DNA from: an uncultured Candidatus Peribacteria bacterium
GTDB taxonomy: Bacteria; Patescibacteriota; Gracilibacteria; CAIRYL01; GCA-016699755
Length of the DNA stretch: 64,000 nucleotides
Assembly (NCBI GenBank): GCA_964558715.1
Contig: CAZLFD010000003.1
Span: forward strand, 2,312 to 66,311
Direction: 5' to 3'
Shown here: piece by piece, positions 40,113 to 47,961 of the stretch
How positions within the stretch are numbered: the first letter of the stretch is position 1
Layout: each line of letters opens with the position of its first letter
The notes under the pieces: generated by a model
The model's input: only the letters and a program-made list of their open reading frames with translations
What the model was told of the DNA's origin: nothing
The model's database searches: none
Made by a program: the position numbers and the translations under genes

Positions 40113-42101
40113 ATGGCTGAGAAACAGAATTATTCTGCAGAGAATATCCAGGTGCTCGAAGGGCTTGAGGCAGTGCGTAAACGCCCAGGGATGTACATCG
40201 GTTCAACAGATGTGCGCGGCTTGCATCACTTATTGTGGGAGATCGTCGACAATGCGATTGATGAAGCAATGGCGGGATACTGCGACAATATCGAAATCGT
40301 CATGCAGGCGGATGGTGGAGTGAGAGTATCAGATAATGGACGTGGTATTCCGGTAGATACGCATTCAAAAACTGGAAAATCTGCGCTCGAAACGGTGATG
40401 ACGATTTTGCATGCGGGCGGAAAATTCGGCGGCGGCGGGTATAAGGTTTCAGGAGGATTGCATGGCGTGGGCGCAAGTGTGGTGAATGCCCTGGCAGAAA
40501 AAGTCGTGGCGACCGTTAAGCGCGATGGAAAACTGCATCGCCAGGAGTACGCACGTGGTGCGGTGGTCACGCCAATCGAAGTAGTGGGTGAAGCAAGCGA
40601 TACCGGAACAGAAATCGTCTTTTACCCGGACCCGCAGATCTTTAAAGAAACCACGAGCATGGAGTGGGACACCATTCTCACTCGTCTGCGTCAGCAAGCG
40701 TATTTAACGAAAGGTGTCCGCATCGCCATTGCAGACGAAACAGGCGAAAAGCCCAAGCGACATGCCTTCTTTTTTGATGGCGGAGTGGCAAGTTACGTGC
40801 GGCATTTATCCGAGAATAAGGTGTCGATTTCAGAGGTCATCGCTGTGGAGCGCGAGACCGAAGCTTGCCAATTGGAAGTGGCGATGCGCTACACCGACTC
40901 GTACACCGAAAACATCTGGTGTTTCACCAACCATATTCACAATCCAGAGGGAGGGACACACTTGACCGGATTTCGCACGGCGCTGACCCGTACCATCAAT
41001 GCCTACGCGCGCGACAAGCAGATGCTAAAAGAAAAAGAAGATAATTTTGTCGCCGAAGACGTACGCGAAGGCCTTACCGCAGTGCTTTCGATTAAAGTCG
41101 CCGAGCCGCAGTTTGAAGGGCAGACGAAAGGGAAGCTCGGGAATTCGGAGGTGCGCCCAGCAGTAGAAGCTGCCTTTGCCGAAGCATTTACCGAATATTT
41201 GGAAGAAAACCCGAATGAAGCCCGCGCGGTTATTGGAAAGTGCTTGCTTGCTGCCCGAGCCCGTAAAGCGGCGCGTGCTGCGCGCGATACCGTAATCCGC
41301 AAGGGAGCACTCGAAGGGATGACTCTGCCGGGGAAATTGGCGGACTGCTCCAGTAAAAATGCCGAAGAGACCGAGATTTTCATTGTAGAGGGCGACTCTG
41401 CCGGTGGCTCGGCAAAGCAAGGGCGCAATCGCGACTTTCAGGCGATTTTGCCACTAAGAGGAAAAATCTTGAATGTAGAGCAGGCACGACTCGACAAAAT
41501 GTTGAACAACAATGAGGTCAAGGCGCTGATTACTGCATTGGGAACCGGTATTGGTGATATCTTCGAGGCAGAGAAATTGCGCTACGGCAAAGTGGTGATC
41601 ATGACGGATGCCGACGTCGACGGCGCCCACATCCGCACTTTATTGCTGACCTTGTTCTACCGCTACTTCCGTGAAATCGTGGATAATGGGAATTTGTATA
41701 TCGCCTGCCCACCACTCTATAAAGTGGCAAAGGGAAAAGACGTGCGTTATGCCTACGACGAGGTGGAAAAGCTGAACATTTTAAAAGACATGGGTATTGA
41801 AGACGAGGCCGAAGAGATTGAAGAAAACGAGGAAGAAAATGGAAACGAAGAAGAGGAGACCGCGACCAAAAAGAAGTCGAACCGTGTTTCGATTCAGCGC
41901 TATAAAGGTCTGGGTGAAATGAACCCTGATCAATTATGGGAGACGACGATGGACCCAGACATGCGCACTATGATGCAGGTTACGATCGAAGATGCCGAGC
42001 GTAGCGATCTTGTGTTTACCACGCTGATGGGGAGCGAAGTCTTACCGCGCAAAAAGTTCATCCAAACGCATGCGAAATCGGTGAAAAATTTGGATATTTG
42101 A
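40113..42101 (+). CDS. gyrB: DNA gyrase subunit B
   Basis: YSAENIQVLEGLEAVRKRPGMYIGS, GGLHGVGASVVNALA, EGDSAGGSAKQGR (Toprim), PLRGKILNVE, IMTDADVDGAHI. An acidic insert lies near the C-terminus. Confidence 0.97.
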   Translation: MAEKQNYSAENIQVLEGLEAVRKRPGMYIGSTDVRGLHHLLWEIVDNAIDEAMAGYCDNIEIVMQADGGVRVSDNGRGIPVDTHSKTGKSALETVMTILHAGGKFGGGGYKVSGGLHGVGASVVNALAEKVVATVKRDGKLHRQEYARGAVVTPIEVVGEASDTGTEIVFYPDPQIFKETTSMEWDTILTRLRQQAYLTKGVRIAIADETGEKPKRHAFFFDGGVASYVRHLSENKVSISEVIAVERETEACQLEVAMRYTDSYTENIWCFTNHIHNPEGGTHLTGFRTALTRTINAYARDKQMLKEKEDNFVAEDVREGLTAVLSIKVAEPQFEGQTKGKLGNSEVRPAVEAAFAEAFTEYLEENPNEARAVIGKCLLAARARKAARAARDTVIRKGALEGMTLPGKLADCSSKNAEETEIFIVEGDSAGGSAKQGRNRDFQAILPLRGKILNVEQARLDKMLNNNEVKALITALGTGIGDIFEAEKLRYGKVVIMTDADVDGAHIRTLLLTLFYRYFREIVDNGNLYIACPPLYKVAKGKDVRYAYDEVEKLNILKDMGIEDEAEEIEENEEENGNEEEETATKKKSNRVSIQRYKGLGEMNPDQLWETTMDPDMRTMMQVTIEDAERSDLVFTTLMGSEVLPRKKFIQTHAKSVKNLDI

Positions 42102-42352
42102 TGAGTTCATCCCATAAAAAAGTGTGTGGGTTAGCAGGAGGAGACGCATGGCGACACCAGCGAAACCGAATCGGACATACTGATTGTTCTTTGGAAAATC
42201 GGTATTCTGAATCAGATAAGTGCTATGCTGATCTGTGAAAATTAGCGGCAAGAGGATGACGTCAGAAAAAGCGTAAGCGATCATTCAGATTTGGTTTGGC
42301 AATCGCCGTGCCGATGAACCGGGTGCCGCAAGAATCGGCTGAGCAATAGTGG

Positions 42353-42853
42353 ATGAAAGACGAAAGATTCGACTGCGAAATCGCTGCCCGATTCGGGCAA
42401 CATCTGGCGGAAATCCGAGAAAATGACACTAAAAATGACCCTCTGATCACTTTGGCCAAGATCATAGTGCTTGACCATTTCTCGCGCAACATCTACCGCA
42501 GCAAGCCGGAGAGTCTTGCCAAAGATGACTTGGCACTGAAGTTGAGTTCTGAACTGGTAGCCAGCGATGAATGGCAAAAATTCTCAGAACCCGAATCCCA
42601 ATTCGCGATTATGCCGTTTATGCATTCCGAAAGTCTACAATTACAAAACCGAGCAGTAAAGCTGTTTGAACACCTGGTTGCACGCGCAAGGCCGCAATTT
42701 AAAGAAATATCACAGAATGCACTGAAGCATGCCACCTTACACCGAGATATCATCGCCCGTTTTAACCGTTTTCCGCATCGTGATCAGATTTTAGGCAGAA
42801 AAAGTTCTGCCACCGAGATCGAGTTTTTAGAGCAACCCGATTCATCTTTTTAG
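42353..42853 (+). CDS. DUF924-family protein (N-terminus apparently eroded)
   Basis: LDHFSRNIYR, FMHSES and RFNRFPHRDQILGRKSSATEIEFL match DUF924. The conserved (F/I)WFG N-terminal motif lies upstream in another frame (see findings). Confidence 0.8.
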   Translation: MKDERFDCEIAARFGQHLAEIRENDTKNDPLITLAKIIVLDHFSRNIYRSKPESLAKDDLALKLSSELVASDEWQKFSEPESQFAIMPFMHSESLQLQNRAVKLFEHLVARARPQFKEISQNALKHATLHRDIIARFNRFPHRDQILGRKSSATEIEFLEQPDSSF

Positions 42854-43069
42854 TCGTTTACCACCGGCATAATCAAGTATCCGCCGGGGTATGCCGCTCG
42901 GCTTTCTGTAATTTGGCCTGTAGCCTGTATTACGCCGCTCGCTTTTGCTATGCAGGCGAATAGGTTAGCATGCTAATGACTAATCTTAAATCTGAATATA
43001 CCACTGATAAACCATCGGGTCTTTTTAAGGGTAGCCGTCATTACTTTTCTGGCAGCTATCATCGGATAC

Positions 43070-43693
43070 GTGGAGTATCAATACCAACTACACACCTATG
43101 TCTCGAAAGAAAGCCTCGGCAAGCTCGAAACTTTTATCCGTTCACATGGCATTTGGGCGCCGTTCGCTTTTGCGCTCATTTATTATTTTGCGACGCTGTT
43201 CTTTCTTTCTGCCGCAGTATTGACAATATTAAGTGGTGTGCTCTTTGGAAAACTGTGGGGCTCAGTACTGGTCGTGTTTATTGCGACGGTCGCCGCACAA
43301 ACCGGATTTTTTCTATCGCATCGGTACGGCTCCGGCATTTTCGATAAGGTAGGCAAGCAAGGTGGTACGATCAAAAGGCTCGTTGATAAGCTAAACACCG
43401 GCATCGAGCACAATGGCTTTCGCGCTTTTTTTATTCTCCGCTGCTTGTTTCTACCGTACATGCCGCTTAGCTACGCGGCAGGATTAGTGAAAAAAGCGAA
43501 AGCGCGAGATTTTTTTCTGGCGACGTTCTTCACGAATGCGATTTTTAGCCCGGTGTTTGTGTTTTTCGGCGATGCTCTTTTACAGGGGCCGAAGGCGCTC
43601 TTTTTACCGGCGGTCCTGATTGTGCTCGTGCTATTGGTGCCACGGTTTGTGAAGTTTTTTCAGCACAGATTCTCTTCTCCGAAAACAGTATGA
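43070..43693 (+). CDS. TVP38/TMEM64 (DedA-related, SNARE-associated) membrane protein
   Basis: FFLSAAVLTILSGVLFGKLWGSVLVVFIATVAAQTGFFLSHRYG is the family core. The first TM helix is encoded upstream of the GTG at 43070 (see findings). Confidence 0.8.
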   Translation: MEYQYQLHTYVSKESLGKLETFIRSHGIWAPFAFALIYYFATLFFLSAAVLTILSGVLFGKLWGSVLVVFIATVAAQTGFFLSHRYGSGIFDKVGKQGGTIKRLVDKLNTGIEHNGFRAFFILRCLFLPYMPLSYAAGLVKKAKARDFFLATFFTNAIFSPVFVFFGDALLQGPKALFLPAVLIVLVLLVPRFVKFFQHRFSSPKTV

Positions 43694-45183
43694 AGTACGA
43701 ATACGATTTATTGGTGATCGGCGGTGGCGCAGCCGGACTCACGGTTGCCTCTGGTGCGGCCCAGCTGGGAGCAAAGGTAGCGCTCGTCAGCAAAGATGCT
43801 CTAGGTGGCGATTGCCTGTTTTTTGGCTGCGTACCGAGCAAGACCTTGATTAAATCTGCCAAAGTCGCGCATATTATCAAACATGCTGATGCTTTTGGTT
43901 TGAAGGCGGCCAAGCCCGAATACGATTTTGCGGAAGTGACTAGGCGCATCAATACCGTAATCGAAACGGCCGGAATCCACGATGACCCAGAGCGCTTTCG
44001 CAACATGGGAGTGGATGTGATTTTCGGCAAAGCCGACTTTTGGGATATGCATACTGTCTGTGTGCGCCTGACAAAACTCTTCGCCAAAGAGCAACAAAGA
44101 GAAGTTTCAGAAAAAGGTGATGAATTTATGCTGACTGCAGAAAAAATCGTAATCGCTACCGGCTCACGCCCTTTTGTTCCGCCGATTCCTGGTATGATGG
44201 AGAGTGGTTTTCTGACGAATGAGAATATCTTTTCGATGAAAAAATTGCCAAAATCATTGGTGGTACTTGGCGCCGGGCCGATCGGCTGTGAACTGGCTCA
44301 AGCCTTTGCTAGGCTAGGAACAAAGGTAACGATGCTCGTACGCGGTGAACAGATCATGAGCAAAGAAGACCCCGATGTTGCTACATACATGGCGGATATT
44401 TTTGCCGAAGAAGCGATTGAGATCCGCTACAAGACCAGTGTTACTAACGTCGAAAATCATGAGTCGTTGAAGCGCATCACGATTGATGAAGATGGTGAAA
44501 AAGGTGAGTTAGAGGCGGAGAATATTCTAGTTGCTACGGGCAGAGTGCCAGACCTCGGGCCGCTTAATCTAGAAAACGCCGGGGTAAAATCTGACAAGCG
44601 CGGTATTGTTACGGATAAGAAACTGCGCACCAACCAAAAGCACATCTACGCCATTGGTGATGTAAACGGCAAATACCAATTTACCCATACGGCCGGTTAC
44701 GAAGGGGGCATTGTGGTGAGTAACGCGGTGTTGCATTTTCCACGCAAAGTGGATTATGAAGCGATTCCCTGGGCGACCTTTACCGACCCCGAAGTAGCAA
44801 GTTGTGGCCTGAATGAGGCCGAGGCAAAGCAGCGCGGCATCGATTATCAGGTTTGGCGGCACGAATTTACGCGGCAAGACCGAGCTTTGGCAGAATCGGA
44901 AAATCACGGCTTTGTGAAAATCCTCACGACCGGTAGACGCGGCAAAATCATTGGTGGGCAGATCGTCGGGCCACATGCTGGTGAAATCATCCACGAATTG
45001 ATCCTCGCACGTAATGCCGGGCTTACCCTGGCGAGCATCGCCAGTGCTGTACATGTGTATCCGACGTTGGCAGAAATCATCAAGTCTGCGGCAGGAAAGT
45101 ACTTCGCAGAAAAACTCTTCACCAATAAAACACGAAAGATCCTCAAATTCTTTTTTCGTTATCGCGGGAAGACAGAACAGTAA
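43690..45183 (+). CDS. Class I pyridine nucleotide-disulfide oxidoreductase (dihydrolipoyl dehydrogenase / mercuric-reductase-like)
   Basis: YDLLVIGGGAAGL (FAD), redox CxxxxC (GGDCLFFGCVPSK), VVLGAGPIGCELA (NAD) and a C-terminal dimerisation HVYPTLAE. ATGA overlap with the TVP38 gene. Confidence 0.85.
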   Translation: MKYEYDLLVIGGGAAGLTVASGAAQLGAKVALVSKDALGGDCLFFGCVPSKTLIKSAKVAHIIKHADAFGLKAAKPEYDFAEVTRRINTVIETAGIHDDPERFRNMGVDVIFGKADFWDMHTVCVRLTKLFAKEQQREVSEKGDEFMLTAEKIVIATGSRPFVPPIPGMMESGFLTNENIFSMKKLPKSLVVLGAGPIGCELAQAFARLGTKVTMLVRGEQIMSKEDPDVATYMADIFAEEAIEIRYKTSVTNVENHESLKRITIDEDGEKGELEAENILVATGRVPDLGPLNLENAGVKSDKRGIVTDKKLRTNQKHIYAIGDVNGKYQFTHTAGYEGGIVVSNAVLHFPRKVDYEAIPWATFTDPEVASCGLNEAEAKQRGIDYQVWRHEFTRQDRALAESENHGFVKILTTGRRGKIIGGQIVGPHAGEIIHELILARNAGLTLASIASAVHVYPTLAEIIKSAAGKYFAEKLFTNKTRKILKFFFRYRGKTEQ

Positions 45184-45282
45184 AGTCACTCCAGCTTTGT
45201 CCGGAATCGGGAGGAATCTTTCAGTGGCTTTTCAGTCTCTTCAAACCTTGCTACCCAGAGAGAGGGCAGTGATACAAAAAAA

Positions 45283-45312
45283 ACACCCGCATCAGATGGG
45301 GGTGTCTTTTTT
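45283..45312. terminator. Bidirectional intrinsic terminator
   Basis: ACACCC-gcatcagatgg-GGGTGT hairpin flanked by an A8 run upstream and a T6 run downstream. On the minus strand the hairpin is followed by T8. Confidence 0.7.
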
Positions 45313-45717
45313 AATATTTATGTTCATGTCTCTCTGGTTGCGCTCACGGTGCCTTAGGTATGAAGTAAGGAGTGAACGAAAGAGTCATGGGGGGCATGAA
45401 CGTGGCCCTTATCTTGCCTTCCTCCGGAGTGGTTTTGGTCGTTCCTGCGACCTGCCCGTTGGTCACTTGGTCGTACTGTCAAAGACGGTAGCCAAGTGCA
45501 GACAAATGGAGGTGGGATTCCGGTCGTTCAGATTCGGAGTCCGCTTGGAAAGCTAAGAAAACGGAACCCTTCGATGGGCGATCACAAGCTTTCGGTTGCA
45601 GACTGAGTCGCATATTGCGTGTCGCCCGAAAGATCTTTTGTGAATGGGGGCCGAAGAGCTCCCGTTTTCTCCGCTTTGAGAGAGGGGTTTAAGTGGTCTT
45701 GTTAAGGTTCTTTAGAG

Positions 45718-45796
45718 TCTGTTTGTTTTTGTGGGTGTTTGTGTGGTGTGTAGTCTTTGTGTGTGTTGGTTTGAGGTGTTTGTTTATTTGTGTGTT
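45718..45796. repeat. About 80-nt G/T-only low-complexity tract (C/A-rich on the minus strand)
   Basis: gtctgtttgtttttgtgggtgtttgtgtggtgtgtagtctttgtgtgtgttggtttgaggtgtttgtttatttgtgtgtt. Lies about 200 nt downstream of the murC stop on the minus strand. Confidence 0.8.
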
Positions 45797-45991
45797 CCGA
45801 AACCATTTCTTGCTCGAGGTTTCATAAAACTATAATCGAACAAAGTGTAATCCGTCAAACTTTTTATGTTGAAAAAGTCAATGATCATGTTTTGGTATAC
45901 TTTTATGATTTACGAAAAAGCCTGTCAATCAAGTTTTTTACTGGCTTCTCTTACGCAATGACTTTTGAATTATTTCCCCCGAAGATTATTC

Positions 45992-47299
45992 TTACGACTC
46001 CAAAAATCCTTCTACTACCTGGTGTACTGGCCCTGCTCCAATACTTATTACTACATCTCCGGTCTTGGTTTCTTGCTGAAGCAGTGTAATCGTTTGGGCA
46101 AAGTCGACCGTGTGCCGAGCTCGTGTGCCATTGCTGCTGATTTTCTCGACCAATTGTTCCGCAGAAACAGATTGCACATCTTCTTCGCTATCCCGCACAC
46201 GGTAGATGTTGGGAATTAATACTTCATCGGCATCTGCAAAACTGGCGGCGAACTCTTCGAGGAACTCGTGCGTACGACTGTATTGGTGTGGCTGAAACAC
46301 TGCCCAGAGCTTTTGCTGGGGGAATTTTTCGCGGAAGGCGGACAAGGTGGCTCGCAGTTCGGTAGGATGATGTGCATAATCGTCGAAGAGCTGAACATCA
46401 TTCTTTTCACCCTTGTGCTCAAAACGCCGCCAGGTTCCGCGGAATTGTGCCAATGATTGTTGCGCGAATTCGAGCGGCAGTTCAAGCGCCTGAAACAACG
46501 CAAGTACGTGCGCGGCATTCTGGCGATTGTGGTCACCAGGAATCGCCATTTCTGGCACCTGGCTTAAAAACTCAGCGGAATCAATTTTTTGCGCGGCAAT
46601 GCTGCCAAAAAGTTCCTTGATCTTTACATCCGAAAAATCGGCGATCAGTACTCCCGATTCAGGCAAGCGCGCAGCAAATGCACGGAAGGCCTCGAAATAA
46701 GCCTCTTCATCTGCAAAAAAATCAAGGTGATCGGGCTCACAGTTGGTGACAATAATGATGTTTGGTGAAAGATGGTGAAAGGAGTTGTGGTATTCGCAAC
46801 TTTCAACGACAAACAGCCCACATTCGTTTTCATTACACAGCACCGGCGGTGCAGAAAGCCGGATATTTTTACCACCCCACTCAAAGACTTTTGTGCCAAG
46901 GATGACAAGTGGGTCAGCAAAAGCTTCTTCGAGGGCTAATCCAGCCATGGCCGTAGTGGTCGATTTGCCATGCGTACCGCAGATTGAAACCGTGTTTGAG
47001 GCTTGCGAAATATCGCCCAGTGCGGCGAAGTAGGATTTTTCAGCAATTTTCAATTCTTTTGCGCGCATACGTTCGGGGTTCTCTGGCATAATCGCTTCAG
47101 AGTAGACGAGCTCGTAACTTTCGGGGTCGAGGTTATCTGCATTATGCTCCGGAAAAATATAAATGCCTTCTGCACGAAGCTCATCAAGCAACGGCGAAGG
47201 GGCTTCGTCGGAGCCGACCACTTCGACGCCCTTTGAAACAAAAAAACGCGCAAGTGCGCTCATGCCAATTCCGCCGATACCGACAAAGTGTGCCTTCAT
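45992..47299 (-). CDS. murC: UDP-N-acetylmuramate--L-alanine ligase
   Basis: HFVGIGGIGMSALARFFVSKGVEVVGSD, ICGTHGKSTTTAM, DDYAHHP. Confidence 0.93.
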   Translation of the reverse strand: MKAHFVGIGGIGMSALARFFVSKGVEVVGSDEAPSPLLDELRAEGIYIFPEHNADNLDPESYELVYSEAIMPENPERMRAKELKIAEKSYFAALGDISQASNTVSICGTHGKSTTTAMAGLALEEAFADPLVILGTKVFEWGGKNIRLSAPPVLCNENECGLFVVESCEYHNSFHHLSPNIIIVTNCEPDHLDFFADEEAYFEAFRAFAARLPESGVLIADFSDVKIKELFGSIAAQKIDSAEFLSQVPEMAIPGDHNRQNAAHVLALFQALELPLEFAQQSLAQFRGTWRRFEHKGEKNDVQLFDDYAHHPTELRATLSAFREKFPQQKLWAVFQPHQYSRTHEFLEEFAASFADADEVLIPNIYRVRDSEEDVQSVSAEQLVEKISSNGTRARHTVDFAQTITLLQQETKTGDVVISIGAGPVHQVVEGFLES

Positions 47300-47862
47300 T
47301 TCTCGGCCTCTAAACTGTCGCGCAGTTTCTTGAGTCCGCGCGATTGTAAGATGCGGATCGCTGTTTCACTCTTGCCGAGCACAGTGGCGATTTCGGAATT
47401 TTTCTGTTCGGAGAAGTATTTGAGAATAATCGCTTGTGCTTGCATTTCAGGCAAGTTCTTGAGGGCGGACATGATCCGTCGTCGGTCGACACTGGTCGAC
47501 GTTTTTTCTGTAGCATCCGCCGTACTTGATTCGTCGACTACCGTTTCAGGAATCTCATCGAGCGGAACATTTTTGCGATAATGGTCAACCAAGACATTCT
47601 TGGCAATACGAAATAGCCATGCCGAAAAGGGCATGCTGTCTTTTTTCTGATACTTACCCAGGTGTTTCATCGTCTTAAAAAACACTTCAGATGTAATGTC
47701 TTCTGCAACGGCTTCAGACGTGACGCGAAAAAAGATAAAGCGGTAGACTTGGTTTACATAGGTGTCGTACAGCACACCAAAAGATTCTTTATCCCCATTT
47801 TGCGCGCGTATCACCAATGCGTCGATTTCTGCTTCACTTTTATCCATACAAGCCTGAAACAC
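47296..47862 (-). CDS. Sigma-70 family (ECF-type) RNA polymerase sigma factor
   Basis: Region 2 (FGVLYDTYVNQVYRFIFFRV, WLFRIAKNVLVDHYRK) and region 4 (LPEMQAQAIILKYFSEQKNSEIATVLGKSETAIRILQSRGLKKL). The stop overlaps the murC start by 4 nt. Confidence 0.85.
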   Translation of the reverse strand: MFQACMDKSEAEIDALVIRAQNGDKESFGVLYDTYVNQVYRFIFFRVTSEAVAEDITSEVFFKTMKHLGKYQKKDSMPFSAWLFRIAKNVLVDHYRKNVPLDEIPETVVDESSTADATEKTSTSVDRRRIMSALKNLPEMQAQAIILKYFSEQKNSEIATVLGKSETAIRILQSRGLKKLRDSLEAEK

Positions 47863-47961
47863 CGCTTGCTATTGTTGCGTAAAGCAGTGAAACACTGCAA
47901 GCAAATATCGCATAAAATCTGTAATTCACCTGTTTAGCAGGTCATACTTTTCTGCTGCAAT

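Noticed and set aside
45330-45700. Possible RNase P RNA, tmRNA or SRP RNA in the 800-bp gap
   Set aside because: I tried both strands. A minus-strand stretch (ACCACUCCGGAGGAAGGCAAGAUAAGGG) loosely resembles part of bacterial RNase P RNA. However, the universally conserved GAGGAAAGUCC (P4) segment, the ACAGAAxCCGGCUUA segment, a tmRNA T-arm/ACCA end, a tag-peptide ORF and the SRP GGAA-GGAAGCAGC motif are all absent. No family call is justified without a covariance-model search.
47884-47898. Hairpin GCAGTG-aaa-CACTGC between guaA and the sigma factor gene as an intrinsic terminator
   Set aside because: The stem is only 6 bp and no convincing U-run follows on the minus strand. It is too weak to call.
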